This document shows, in pieces, positions 52,754 through 62,852 of a DNA stretch of 64,000 bases. The position numbers were made by a program, and so were the translations under genes. Under the pieces are notes generated by a model, which worked only from the letters and a program-made list of their open reading frames with translations, was not told where the DNA came from and did no database searches. Where the stretch lies: positions 3,904,001 through 3,968,000 of the forward strand of contig OY760937.1 of assembly GCA_963664225.1 (NCBI GenBank). The letters run 5' to 3'. Position 1 is the first letter of the stretch, and each line of letters starts with the position of its first letter. Origin of the DNA: Verrucomicrobiia bacterium. Lineage in GTDB: Bacteria > Verrucomicrobiota > Verrucomicrobiia > Limisphaerales > UBA1319.

Positions 52754-53530
52754 ATGATTCTGATCAAAAGCGGTCGGGATATTGAAGCGATGCGGGCTGC
52801 GGGTGCGGTGGCTGGGGCAGTGCTGGAGGAAACCGCAAAGTGGATTACGCCTGGACTGACAACGCGGCAGATCGATGATTATGCGGCAGCGTTGATGAAG
52901 AAATACGGGTCGCGCAGCGCGTTTTTGGGATATCGCGGGTATCCGTGCCATGTGTGTATTTCTGTCAACGAACAAGTGGTTCACGGGATGGCCAGCGATC
53001 GGCGGGTGCAGTTTGGGGATATTGTAAGTCTGGACGTGGGTGTGGTGGTGCATGATTTTATCGGCGACACCGCCTGCACGGTGGCTGTGGGTGGCTGCGA
53101 TGTGCTGTCGCAGAAACTGATCGACGTGACGCAGCAGGCTTTGTATGAAGGGATCAGCCAGGCCCTGCCGGGAAACCGGGTTGTGGATATTTCGCGGGCG
53201 GTGCAGAAGTTTGTCGAACGCCAGGGATTTAGTGTGGTGAGGGAGTTTGTCGGGCACGGAGTGGGTCGATCGATGCACGAAGAACCGCAGATTCCCAATT
53301 TCGTCGAGGGGGGGGCCTCTCCGAGATTGAGAGCGGGAATGACGATCGCCATCGAACCGATGGTTAACGCGGGTTCGGCGGCGGTGAAGATTTTGAGTGA
53401 CGGATGGACGGTGGTGACGCAAGATGGGAAACCGTCCGCTCATTTTGAGCATACGGTATTGATTACGGATTCAGAGCCGGAGATATTGACGTGTCGCGAG
53501 AACATGCCATTAAAGTCGAAGGCACCGTGA
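52754..53530 (+). CDS. map: Type I methionine aminopeptidase
   Basis: CISVNEQVVHG, GHGVG..HEEP, AIEPM, SAHFEHT. Confidence 0.98.
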   Translation: MILIKSGRDIEAMRAAGAVAGAVLEETAKWITPGLTTRQIDDYAAALMKKYGSRSAFLGYRGYPCHVCISVNEQVVHGMASDRRVQFGDIVSLDVGVVVHDFIGDTACTVAVGGCDVLSQKLIDVTQQALYEGISQALPGNRVVDISRAVQKFVERQGFSVVREFVGHGVGRSMHEEPQIPNFVEGGASPRLRAGMTIAIEPMVNAGSAAVKILSDGWTVVTQDGKPSAHFEHTVLITDSEPEILTCRENMPLKSKAP

Positions 53531-53721
53531 TCGAAGTGCTGCCCAACATGCGGGTGCGTGTTGAGCTGGCTAACGGACATCGGCTGCTGGCGCATATTGC
53601 AGGCCGGTTTCGATTAAAATTTGTAAAGTTAACGCCCGGCGACAAGGTCGGGATGGAATTGTCGCCTTTTGACCTGTCAAAGGGCTGTATCATTGAAAGT
53701 AGAACGGAAATAACGACATGA
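53491..53721 (+). CDS. infA: Translation initiation factor IF-1 (divergent)
   Basis: [30 protein letters not shown]; synteny map-infA-rpmJ. Confidence 0.88.
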   Translation: MSREHAIKVEGTVIEVLPNMRVRVELANGHRLLAHIAGRFRLKFVKLTPGDKVGMELSPFDLSKGCIIESRTEITT

Positions 53722-53831
53722 AAGTCCGCGCATCGGTAAAACGGCTTTGCGAACATTGCAAGGTAGTGAAACGGAAGGGCGTTATTCGTGTGATTTGCAC
53801 GAACGCGCGCCACAAACAACGTCAGGGATAG
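53718..53831 (+). CDS. rpmJ: 50S ribosomal protein L36 (zinc-ribbon type; below the ORF-track size cutoff)
   Basis: Manual translation: [37 protein letters not shown]. Confidence 0.97.
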   Translation: MKVRASVKRLCEHCKVVKRKGVIRVICTNARHKQRQG

Positions 53832-53844
53832 AGAAAAAGCAATT

Positions 53845-54240
53845 ATGGCACGCATTTTAGGTGTTGACATCCCGGGAGAGAAACGGATCGACGTATCGCT
53901 CCGTTATATTTACGGCATTGGCCCGGTGAATGCCCGGCAAATTTTGGTGAAGGCGGCCATTGAGCCGCATATTCGAGCCAAGGATTTGACCGAGCAGCAA
54001 TTGTCGCAGATCGTTCACGCCATCCAGGAGGGCAAGTATGTGATCGAAGGCGATCTGCGCCGGGAGATCGGCATGAATTTGAAGCGGTTGCAGGCCATCA
54101 AGTGCTACCGGGGAGTCCGCCATTTGCGCGGGTTGCCGGTGCGCGGCCAGCGAACGCAAACCAACGCCCGCACGCGCAAGGGACCGCGCAAGACGGTGGG
54201 TGTGCAACGCAATCCGGATGCCAAGACTGGCATTCATTAA
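53845..54240 (+). CDS. rpsM: 30S ribosomal protein S13
   Basis: [28 protein letters not shown]. Confidence 0.99.
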   Translation: MARILGVDIPGEKRIDVSLRYIYGIGPVNARQILVKAAIEPHIRAKDLTEQQLSQIVHAIQEGKYVIEGDLRREIGMNLKRLQAIKCYRGVRHLRGLPVRGQRTQTNARTRKGPRKTVGVQRNPDAKTGIH

Positions 54241-54249
54241 TATTTGACT

Positions 54250-54876
54250 ATGGCTGAAGAAACGAAAAAGAAATCCGCGCCCAAAACCGAGGGCAAGCCT
54301 GAAGCCGCGGCAGCGGTGGAGACGGCCAAGGGCGCTGTTGAAGGCAAGGCCGCAGAGGGCAAGCCTGCCAAACAAGGCAAGAAGCCTGCTGAAGGTTCGG
54401 CGCCAGCTCCGGCGGCGGGCGCAGCTCCGGCGGCACCGGCCTCGATGGTGGCTTCCGCGCCCACGGCGGCGGAATTGCTGGCTGACGATCCCAACGCCAA
54501 GAAGATCGTAAAGGCCAAGGGCTCGAAGAATATTCCGGTGGGTGTGGCCAATATTCTGGCGACGTTTAACAATACCACGGTGTCGATTGCGGACATGCAG
54601 GGGCATGTGATTTCGTGGTCGAGCGCGGGCAAGGTCGGATTTAAGGGTTCGCGCAAGAGCACGGCGTTTGCGGCGCAACAGGTGGCGCAGGATGCCGCGC
54701 GCCAGGCGATGTCCCATGGATTGCGCGAGGTTGAGGTGCGCGTCAGCGGGCCAGGATCGGGACGGGAATCGGCCATCCGGGCTTTGCAGGCGATCGGTTT
54801 GGAGATTACCACGATCAAGGACGTGACGCCCATTCCGCATAATGGCTGCCGTCCGCGCAAGAAACGCCGCGTGTAA
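54250..54876 (+). CDS. rpsK: 30S ribosomal protein S11 with long N-terminal extension
   Basis: [27 protein letters not shown]. Confidence 0.98.
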   Translation: MAEETKKKSAPKTEGKPEAAAAVETAKGAVEGKAAEGKPAKQGKKPAEGSAPAPAAGAAPAAPASMVASAPTAAELLADDPNAKKIVKAKGSKNIPVGVANILATFNNTTVSIADMQGHVISWSSAGKVGFKGSRKSTAFAAQQVAQDAARQAMSHGLREVEVRVSGPGSGRESAIRALQAIGLEITTIKDVTPIPHNGCRPRKKRRV

Positions 54877-54918
54877 TTCCCGGCAAATGGCAATCTGAAT
54901 CATTTAAGTTTATAGATT

Positions 54919-55527
54919 ATGGCTCGTTATACAGGACCCCGCGTACGCATCAGCCGCCGTTTCGGCGTGCCAATTTTTGGGCCTTCGAAGTATCTGGATC
55001 GCCGCAATTACGGCCCCGGAGTGCATGGCCCCAAGTCCCGCCGCAAGACCAGCGAATACGGTTTGGGATTGGCCGAGAAGCAAAAGCTTCGTTACTACTA
55101 CGGATTGATGGAACGTCAATTCCGCAATGTCTATGAGAAGGCGAAACGCCGTCGCGGCGTCACCGGCGAAACGATGTTGCAGATTCTTGAGACCCGTCTG
55201 GACAGCATGGTTTATCATCTGGGATTCGGCACGACACGTGCGGCGGCCCGGCAGATGATTTCTCATGGGCACGTGAATGTGAACGGGCGCAAGGTAAGCA
55301 TTCCCTCCTATGCGACGCGTGTTAATGACGTGATCGAGGTCAGGAACAACACGGTGGCCCGGCAACTGGCTTCCAAGAACATGGAATCTTCCACAAGCCG
55401 GACGGTTCCTGACTGGGTGATGCTCAACAAGGAAGGCTTCAAGGGGAGCTTGATGCGTATTCCCGTGCGGGCGGATTTGCAGCCGATCGCCAATGAGCAG
55501 GCCGTGGTTGAGTTTTATTCCCGCTAA
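54919..55527 (+). CDS. rpsD: 30S ribosomal protein S4
   Basis: MARYTGP, EKQKLR, LETRLD, VVEFYSR. Confidence 0.99.
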   Translation: MARYTGPRVRISRRFGVPIFGPSKYLDRRNYGPGVHGPKSRRKTSEYGLGLAEKQKLRYYYGLMERQFRNVYEKAKRRRGVTGETMLQILETRLDSMVYHLGFGTTRAAARQMISHGHVNVNGRKVSIPSYATRVNDVIEVRNNTVARQLASKNMESSTSRTVPDWVMLNKEGFKGSLMRIPVRADLQPIANEQAVVEFYSR

Positions 55528-55633
55528 TCAAACCGGTCCCCGATAAACGGGGGCCAATGGACAAGTATAAGGGCGCTGGGGAACTGCGGGAAAGGTTTCC
55601 GGGCGCCAGTTTAAAATTGTCTGGAAGGAATTT

Positions 55634-56650
55634 ATGCCAGTACGTTTAGGTCGATTTGAAATGCCGAAGCGGTTGGTCAAGGATGAGACCACCGCGACGC
55701 CTACTTATGCCAAGTGGTTTGCCGAACCCTTTGAAACGGGTTACGGACACACGGTTGGCAATTCGTTGAGGCGTGTGCTTTTGTCCTCCCTCGAAGGGGC
55801 CGCCATTACTTCTGTGAAGATGGATGGGGCGATGCACGAATTCGCCGCAGTGGATGGAGTGGTGGAGGATGTGACGGATATTGTGTTGAATCTCAAGAAG
55901 ATTCTGCTTAAGTCCGCAAACCGCGAACCGCAGATGGTGATGGTTTCGGTGAATAAGGAAGGTCCGGTTCTGGCTGAGGATATCAAGCTCAACCAGGGCA
56001 TGGAGATCGTCAATCCCAAGCAATTGATTTGCACTCTGGATCGGAAGAAGAAGTTCGAGATGGAGTTCGAGGTCAAGGTGGGCCGCGGGTTCTGCCCCGG
56101 TGAGGAGAATAAGAAGCCCGATCAGGCCATTGGCTTGATCGCGATCGATTCCCTCTTTTCTCCCGTGACGCGCGTTCGTTACAATGTGGAGAGCGCCCGC
56201 GTGGGTCAGCGCACCGATTATGATCGGTTGATTTTGGAAGTGTGGACGGATGGGCGCATCGGGCCCGAGGATGCTTTGGTGCAGGCCTCGGCGATTTTGC
56301 AGCATCATCTGGATGTTTTTGTGGGCTACGACAAGAACGCGGTCGAGTTCGAGGAAGTCGTTGAGAAGCAGGATGACGAGCAGGCGAAGATGAAGAAGCT
56401 GCTTAACATGAGCGTCAACGAGATTGAATTGAGCGTTCGCGCCGCGAATTGTCTCAACAATGCCAATATCACGACCGTGGGCCAGCTTGCGATGAAGAGC
56501 GAGGGCGAGATGCTCAAGTATCGCAATTTTGGAAAGAAGTCTTTGAATGAAATCAAGGATAAATTAACGGCCCTGGGATTGTCCCTGGGCATGAAATTCG
56601 ATCCCGCACTGTTGGAATCGCCCAAAGAAGAGAATAAACTCCTGAACTAA
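55634..56650 (+). CDS. rpoA: RNA polymerase subunit alpha
   Basis: GHTVGNSLRRVLLSS, ELSVRAANCL, NFGKKSL. Confidence 0.99.
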   Translation: MPVRLGRFEMPKRLVKDETTATPTYAKWFAEPFETGYGHTVGNSLRRVLLSSLEGAAITSVKMDGAMHEFAAVDGVVEDVTDIVLNLKKILLKSANREPQMVMVSVNKEGPVLAEDIKLNQGMEIVNPKQLICTLDRKKKFEMEFEVKVGRGFCPGEENKKPDQAIGLIAIDSLFSPVTRVRYNVESARVGQRTDYDRLILEVWTDGRIGPEDALVQASAILQHHLDVFVGYDKNAVEFEEVVEKQDDEQAKMKKLLNMSVNEIELSVRAANCLNNANITTVGQLAMKSEGEMLKYRNFGKKSLNEIKDKLTALGLSLGMKFDPALLESPKEENKLLN

Positions 56651-56661
56651 ATTTCACTTGT

Positions 56662-57126
56662 ATGCGTCATCTTAAAAGAACCGCCAAATTAGGGCGGACC
56701 GGCTCGCATCGTAATGCCATGCTGGCCAATATGGTTTGCAGTCTCATCAAGGAACGCCGGATCACGACCACGCTGCCCAAGGCTCGCGCGGCGCGTTCGG
56801 TGGCCGAGAAGATGGTCACTTTGGGCAAGAGCGGGACGATTCATGATCGTCGTCTTGCTGCTGCGCGCCTCCATCAGGAGGATGCGGTTACGATCTTGTT
56901 TAACGAGATCGCGCCTTCTCAAAAAGAGCGAAAGGGCGGCTACACACGCATCATCAAGATGCACCAACGCCAGGGCGACGCCGCTCAGTTGGCGATTTTG
57001 GAGTGGGTCGATGCGCCTGCGCGCGGTTCTGTCAGCAAGACAGAGGCTGCCGCTCCCACGACGACTGCTCCTGCCGTGGATGCGAAGCCTGCTGAAGCCA
57101 GCAAGCCTGCCGAAGACAAGAAGTAA
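56662..57126 (+). CDS. rplQ: 50S ribosomal protein L17
   Basis: MRHLK..LGR, GGYTRI; Ala/Pro/Lys-rich tail. Confidence 0.98.
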   Translation: MRHLKRTAKLGRTGSHRNAMLANMVCSLIKERRITTTLPKARAARSVAEKMVTLGKSGTIHDRRLAAARLHQEDAVTILFNEIAPSQKERKGGYTRIIKMHQRQGDAAQLAILEWVDAPARGSVSKTEAAAPTTTAPAVDAKPAEASKPAEDKK

Positions 57127-57153
57127 TCCGGCGTAGGTAGTATTTTTTCAAGC

Positions 57154-57187
57154 AAGGGTCCGTTTCTTAAGTGAGACGGGCCCTTTT
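57154..57187 (+). terminator. Terminator of the alpha operon
   Basis: AAGGGTCCGTTTC-TTAAGT-GAGACGGGCCCTT followed by TT. Confidence 0.8.
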
Positions 57188-57253
57188 GCTGTACGCCATG
57201 GATGGATGGGTGGGGCGGGACCAGGCATATCGATTTACGGTCCCGGGCGGTGA

Positions 57254-57325
57254 ATTTGATTCCAGGTGTATTGCGGCGGGGATTCCGAGGGTGCGATGAC
57301 CCCGGGATGCCCCGGGCGGGCAACC
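57254..57325. repeat. Decayed copy 2 of the REP-like element at 10975
   Basis: 57293-57325 matches 11015-11047 at 29/33 positions by manual count; shared upstream ATTTGATTC. Confidence 0.7.
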
Positions 57326-57429
57326 GGTTACGGATTGTCCGGTTTGTGATCGAATGGCTTCAGGTCTCCAGTTTTTGAATGGAGACTTCGATGGGGGACT
57401 TCAGGCCGTTCGGATTATTTGGCAACCAA

Positions 57430-58767
57430 TTAATCTTCGGGCAGGGGTTTGTCTTTGGTTTCCGGGGCCCAATAGAGGGCGACAATGCCCAGAACGAAAA
57501 CGGCGGAGAGAATGGTGGCCGATTTGCGGAACGGTTCAGCGATGCCGTGGCTGAGCAATGCGCTGTTCAAATACATGAGCATGGGAGGGAATGCCGCTGC
57601 GAGGTAGCGAACGGTGTTGTAGCAGAAACCAACTCCAGTGCCGCGCAGGCGGGTTGGGAAAAGTTCTGGAAAATAGATTGAGTAACCGCCAAAGACGCTG
57701 AGTTGGGCGAAACCCATCATGGGGAGCATCCAGTAGGCATCGGTGCCGGTGCGCAGGTTGTTGAATACAAAAATGGTGGTGAACAGGCACAGGATGAATG
57801 CGCCCAGAAACGCCAGGCGGCGTCCGTAGTATGTGGCGACAAATGTGAATGCCATCATTCCCAAAAAGGAGCCGGTATCCTGGAGGGCGGTTCCGTATCC
57901 GCGCACGGTGTCAATGACATGCTGGGGTTCCCCCTTGAGAGCGGTGGAGATGAGTTCCGGGGAGAAGAAGCCGATGCCCCAGAGGCCCGCCATTCCCGCC
58001 AGACCAAGGCAAACGCCAACGATAAGGTTCCGGCGCCAGACGGGATGGCGCAGCAATGCGGGAATGGAGCCCACACTTTCCGTTCCGGGAGATTCCTTTG
58101 CCTTGCGGCGGGCTTGTTTCCAAGGTTCAGGCTCGCGCAGCATGGACATGATGGGGACCACGAGGAGGGCGGGAAGCACGCCGACAAAAAAGAGGATGCG
58201 CCAGCCTGACAGGCCGAAGAGAAAATCGGCCTGTCCGGGCTTGATCTGGGTGCTCATGAGAGAGCCGATAATATTGCCGCAGGCCGATAATGCCTGGAGC
58301 GATCCCAAGGCAAGCGCCCGGAAATGACTTGGAACACTCTCCGCCACCAGGGTGGTCGCAGCGCCAAACATTCCCCCGACACCCAGGCCAACCAAAAAAC
58401 GGTAAATCAGGAATTGTTCAGGAGTCTGGGCCATGCCGGAAAGTCCCGTAAATCCTGAATAAATGAGAAGCGTGACGGCCATGGTTTTCACACGACCGAG
58501 GCGATCACTCATGATGCCGAAGATAATACCGCCAGTGGCCCAACCGAACATCATGGAAGCCGTGGCCCAGCCACTCCAATCTTTGATGAGGGCATCGGTC
58601 ACGCCGGAGCCGATGATTTCGCGCAAGGCTGGTTCACGCGAAAGGGCGAAGAGCCTCTGGTCCATGCAATCGAATAGCCATCCGCACGAGGCAATGATGA
58701 CGACCATCCAGTGATAAATGGTGATGTGCTCGCGCGCCAGCGGGGAGGGTTTGGTTAGTGTGGCCAT
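57430..58767 (-). CDS. MFS transporter
   Basis: GWLFDCMD, motif A GIMSDRLGRVK, YFPELFPTRLRGTG, terminal PETK. Confidence 0.93.
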   Translation of the reverse strand: MATLTKPSPLAREHITIYHWMVVIIASCGWLFDCMDQRLFALSREPALREIIGSGVTDALIKDWSGWATASMMFGWATGGIIFGIMSDRLGRVKTMAVTLLIYSGFTGLSGMAQTPEQFLIYRFLVGLGVGGMFGAATTLVAESVPSHFRALALGSLQALSACGNIIGSLMSTQIKPGQADFLFGLSGWRILFFVGVLPALLVVPIMSMLREPEPWKQARRKAKESPGTESVGSIPALLRHPVWRRNLIVGVCLGLAGMAGLWGIGFFSPELISTALKGEPQHVIDTVRGYGTALQDTGSFLGMMAFTFVATYYGRRLAFLGAFILCLFTTIFVFNNLRTGTDAYWMLPMMGFAQLSVFGGYSIYFPELFPTRLRGTGVGFCYNTVRYLAAAFPPMLMYLNSALLSHGIAEPFRKSATILSAVFVLGIVALYWAPETKDKPLPED

Positions 58768-58957
58768 GTCACACCTGCGGCAGACTGGTTATAAGCAAGG
58801 ATTGAATCATGAAAGCTAGATTTGGTCTGGCATGGCAGCGAGTCAAGCGCGAAGGTCTTAAAAAACGGAGAAAAAGCCAAAGAAGTTGGCCTGGAAGGGC
58901 TGGATCAAGGAGATCGAAGGGTTGACAGGGCGGTCAGGCGCGATTTAGTTAACGGGA

Positions 58958-59374
58958 ATGGAACTTATTTACCCGCGCAGTCCGCGCGAAACCATGTCGG
59001 GCTGGGTCTTTTTACCCCGCTTTGTCGATAAAATCCGTTTACATCTCGCGGGGAAATTGCATCCCGACTATCAGGAGAATTTTACCAAAGGCTTTGACGG
59101 CGTGTGGCTGGAAGCTGCCGGCGTAAAGGCTGCTGATTTCATTGAGGTGGTGCGGGGGACGGTGATTGACGGGCAGGTGGCGGACTGGGTGGCGAAGAAT
59201 GTGAAGCGGACGGAGGAGCAGAAGGCGGCGCACCGTGAAAGAGTGCTCAATCACGGACGACAGGCGGAGTTACAGGCGCGTTTGAAGATGCGCAAGGAGC
59301 AATCCGGCATGACGCATCGGGACGATATCCAGACTTTTGTGGATTACATCGACGCGGACGAGAAAAGGATTTGA
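58958..59374 (+). CDS. DUF5069-like protein
   Basis: PRSPRETMSGWVFLPRFVDKIRLHLAGKL..IDADE pattern recognised from memory of the family. Confidence 0.7.
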   Translation: MELIYPRSPRETMSGWVFLPRFVDKIRLHLAGKLHPDYQENFTKGFDGVWLEAAGVKAADFIEVVRGTVIDGQVADWVAKNVKRTEEQKAAHRERVLNHGRQAELQARLKMRKEQSGMTHRDDIQTFVDYIDADEKRI

Positions 59375-59395
59375 TGGAGCGGACGGGATTTTGAA

Positions 59396-59422
59396 AACGC
59401 TGCGGGTATTGCCCGCAGCGTT
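59396..59422. terminator. Hairpin between convergent genes, probably a bidirectional terminator
   Basis: AACGCTGCGGG-TATTG-CCCGCAGCGTT. Confidence 0.65.
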
Positions 59423-59443
59423 GAAATATCGCGGAAGCGGAGC

Positions 59444-59971
59444 TTACTTGGTGTCGAGGTAGCTAGTGACAAATTTCTGATAGCGCGCGGTGTTTTCCGG
59501 CATGAAATCGCGCTCTATGGCGCCGTTGGCCCCGATGATTTTCACTTTAACGGTGCGCGCAGTGGCGAGGGCGCGGATGTCGGAAGCAGAGGCCTTGTAG
59601 GTGGCGTCCTCGACGAGTTTGCCGCTGGTGGTTTTGCGGGTGTAACCGCTGCCCACACCGCTGTAACGGCGCTCCTGGCCGTCGATATTCAGGGCGAGGG
59701 TTTCACCGGGCTGGATATTGAGCCAGGCGCCGACGGACTCGTAGTGGACTTCGAGGTAATAGAGGACGGTGCCGTTGCCCTTGGAGATGCGGGAGGCGTT
59801 GAGCCAGACCTGAGTGCCGGGATTGGAGGCCAGGTCCAACCGGTTATCTGTGATCAACTCGTAATTATCCCCGTTGATGTCGTCACGATAGGAATAGAGA
59901 CCGGGTTTGTTGGTTTCGCAACCGACCCACAGGCTCGCCATCAGCAAGAATGCGAATAATTTAATTTTCAC
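59444..59971 (-). CDS. Hypothetical lipoprotein
   Basis: GTG start after AAAGGAA; signal (V)KIKLFAFLLMASLWVG-C with lipobox. Confidence 0.65.
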   Translation of the reverse strand: MKIKLFAFLLMASLWVGCETNKPGLYSYRDDINGDNYELITDNRLDLASNPGTQVWLNASRISKGNGTVLYYLEVHYESVGAWLNIQPGETLALNIDGQERRYSGVGSGYTRKTTSGKLVEDATYKASASDIRALATARTVKVKIIGANGAIERDFMPENTARYQKFVTSYLDTK

Positions 59972-60320
59972 GAAGTTTCCTTTTTCTAATCGACCACTGT
60001 CATGGATGAATTTCATGCTTACTTTAACAGACCGCAACGGCTTGAAAACAAAAAGTTTTATTTCAGGCGAGCGAGAAGTCTGGAAGCAGGAAGTGTAAGA
60101 AACTTGTCAGTTATCATCATGTGTACATCTTAATGCCCATGCGGCGAATGTCATCACAACAAGATCGGGTGCTGGCGCTGGTACGGAAGAGGATGGTCCT
60201 GCGATTGAAGGATGTCATTACGCATGGGCCGCACCCTGAGAGCCTTCGGAGGCTGTATCAAAAGGGTAAACTTGCGCGATGTTAGCGATTGGTTGAATCT
60301 TTGTTCGTTCGATTCGGAAC

Positions 60321-60650
60321 ATGGTTATGAAAGACCCCTTATTCTGGCTGATGCTTTTGTGGATTCCGGTGGTGTTGGTTTTGCTCGTTCCGTTGGTGAT
60401 CATTCCCCGGATACGGATGGAGCGGCGCGCGAAAGGTTTGCTGGCCGAGATGCCACAACATGAGCGAAAGACGGTTTACCTGGCCTTTTCCTCAGGGTGG
60501 TACCGCGGTAAGGGAAAAGAAATGGCGACCAGGATTGCGGAGGAGGAAAATGGCGGCTGGATATTTTTGAAGGCGAGCGAGGCGAATCCACTCAAGACCC
60601 TCTTCGCATGGGGCGGTGGAATCAATCTGGAGTTCATACGAAAATGTTGA
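60321..60650 (+). CDS. Hypothetical membrane-anchored small protein
   Basis: One N-terminal transmembrane segment followed by a soluble ~75-aa domain; fills the intergenic gap. Confidence 0.55.
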   Translation: MVMKDPLFWLMLLWIPVVLVLLVPLVIIPRIRMERRAKGLLAEMPQHERKTVYLAFSSGWYRGKGKEMATRIAEEENGGWIFLKASEANPLKTLFAWGGGINLEFIRKC

Positions 60651-60779
60651 TGGATATGGGTTGGGCTGATATGAGGCCTTGCCGTTGGCGCTCCAGAATG
60701 GCCAATTCCTAGGCGTCATAAAACAGGAAATGCGTGTGGCTATAGCAGGAAATGTGAAAGCCGTCCTGAATCAGCTGCA

Positions 60780-61583
60780 TCAGCGGCCGAGCAGTTCAGC
60801 GACTTTGGAGCGGAGGTCGGATTGGCGCATGAGGGATTCGCCGACGAGGATGGCGTTTGCGCCGCAGGCGATCAGGCGTTGAACATCGGTGCGGGTGTGA
60901 ATGCCGCTTTCGGCGACAAGCAGTTTTTCGGCGCCATGATCGGAGGCGCGCAACAGGGTGGCCAACTTTTCGGTGGTGGCCAGGTCCACGTCAAAGGTTT
61001 TGAGGTTGCGGTTGTTCACGCCGATGAGTTCCGCGCCAGAGGCCATGGCGCGTTTGAGTTCATTCTCGTCATGCACCTCGACCAGGACGGACAGTCCGGC
61101 CGCGCGGGCCAGGTTGTGGTATTCGCGCAGTTGACGGTCATCAAGGATGGCGACAATCAGGAGGATGGCGTCCGCACCCCATTCGATGGCTTGTAGAATC
61201 TGGCGCGGGTCGATGATGAAATCCTTGCGCAGGAGGGGGAGGTTCACCGCCTGGCGGATGTCGCGCAGGAAGGCAAGGGAACCCTGGAAGAATATTTCAT
61301 CCGTGAGAACGGACAGGCAATGCGCCCCGCTTTGGGCATATTCGCGGGCGATTTGAACGGGATCGAAATCGGGCCGGATCACGCCTTTGGAGGGCGAGGC
61401 TTTTTTGACCTCTGCAATGAGGCCGACGGAGCCTTGGGATGCGCAACGCAAAGCACCGCTAAAATCCCGCACGCCGCCGCGGGCCTTGATGGCGGCCGCA
61501 AGACGCTCTGGAGTGGGGACGTCGCATTGGAGCGTGGCGACTTCAATGCGCTTTTGGGCGACAATGGTTTCCAGTATGTCCAT
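60780..61583 (-). CDS. trpC: Indole-3-glycerol phosphate synthase
   Basis: IAEVKKASPSKG, SVLTD, LRKDFI, GVNNRNL, AESGI, LVGESLM. Confidence 0.97.
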   Translation of the reverse strand: MDILETIVAQKRIEVATLQCDVPTPERLAAAIKARGGVRDFSGALRCASQGSVGLIAEVKKASPSKGVIRPDFDPVQIAREYAQSGAHCLSVLTDEIFFQGSLAFLRDIRQAVNLPLLRKDFIIDPRQILQAIEWGADAILLIVAILDDRQLREYHNLARAAGLSVLVEVHDENELKRAMASGAELIGVNNRNLKTFDVDLATTEKLATLLRASDHGAEKLLVAESGIHTRTDVQRLIACGANAILVGESLMRQSDLRSKVAELLGR

Positions 61584-61624
61584 GTTGGCAATGGCTTTAT
61601 TTTATGGGCCTTGGAACCTGCTCA

Positions 61625-62768
61625 TTAATCCTCCGCATCCCGGACACCGGCGAGGCGCTTGATGGGGCATCCGGCCCGCAGCCAGCCGCTGACAAAGGGA
61701 TCCAGGGCTCCGTCCATGACCCCCTGCACATCGCTGGTTTCCACGCCTGTGCGCAAGTCCTTGACCATGCGGTAGGGTTGGAACACATAGCTGCGGATCT
61801 GGTTGCCCCAGGAGATACTGCCTTTATCGCCGTAGAATTTCTCCATTTCCGCGCGTTCCTGGTCCAGGCGCAAGGCGTAGATTCTGGAGAGCAGGATTTT
61901 CATCGCGGTGGCACGATTCTGGTGCTGCGATCTCTGCGTCTGGCTGGCGACAACCAGGCCGGTGGGAATGTGTTTGATGCGGACGGCGGTTTCCACCTTA
62001 TTGACGTTCTGCCCGCCTTTGCCGCCGGAGCGGAAGGTGTCAGTCTCAAATTCCGTGGGCGGAATATCGGTTTGCTCGGTCTCGGCGATTTCGGCGATGA
62101 CGTCCACGCTGGTGAAGCTGGTGTGGCGGCGTTTGTTGGAGTCAAAGGGGGAAATGCGCACCAGGCGGTGAACGCCGCGTTCGGCTTTGGTGAAACCGTA
62201 GGCGTTTTCGCCTGTGATCAAGGCCGTGACACTTTTGATGCCGGCGACTTCACCGGGGAGGGCGTCCGTGACCTCAAACTGCCAGCCGCGCGATTCCGCC
62301 CAACGCTGATACATGCGCAGGAGCATGCCGGTCCAATCACAGGACTCCGTGCCGCCCGCGCCCGCGTTTATGCTGATGATGCAGTTATTCGCGTCATGGG
62401 GACCGGAAAGCAGAACCTTGAGCTCCATGCTCTCCAGCTCGTCACGAAAACGGACCAGCTCGGCCTCGAGTTCCTTCTCCAATTTGGTCTGCGCGGCGGG
62501 CGGTTCGGACTCGCCCAGTTCCACCATTTCCTTGATGTCCTGGTGTTGCTTTTCGGCTTTGAGCAGGGGATCGATTCGTTTTCGAAGCACGGAGGCTTCA
62601 TCGATCAATTTCTGGGCCTGTTCGCGGTTGTTCCAGAAAGCTTCGGACGCCATGAGGGCATCCAGCTCGGCCATGCGTTTTTGCGCGGTTGGGACGTCAA
62701 AGAAACCTCCGCAAATGGGTGAGTTTCTCGGCGGACTGGCGCAACTGGTCGTTTATGACTTCAAACAT
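61625..62768 (-). CDS. prfB: Peptide chain release factor 2 with programmed +1 frameshift (join 62768-62700, 62698-61625)
   Basis: SPF and GGQ motifs; upstream mini-ORF MFEVINDQLRQSAEKLTHLRRFL ends in CTT TGA C preceded by an SD-like GGAGGT. Confidence 0.97.
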
Positions 62769-62780
62769 AGCCAGACTAAT

Positions 62781-62806
62781 GTAGGGGCAATCCCGTGGGC
62801 TTGCCC
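62781..62806 (+). repeat. Single GTAG-REP-like hairpin
   Basis: GTAG-GGGCAA-TCCCGTGGGC-TTGCCC. Confidence 0.35.
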
Positions 62807-62852
62807 AGTCGATTTTTAGGGAATCCGGCCATCGGCTACGGCGCGGCGTTTG

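Noticed and set aside
61625..62768. prfB as a frameshifted pseudogene
   Set aside because: The break is exactly the conserved CTT TGA C programmed frameshift site.
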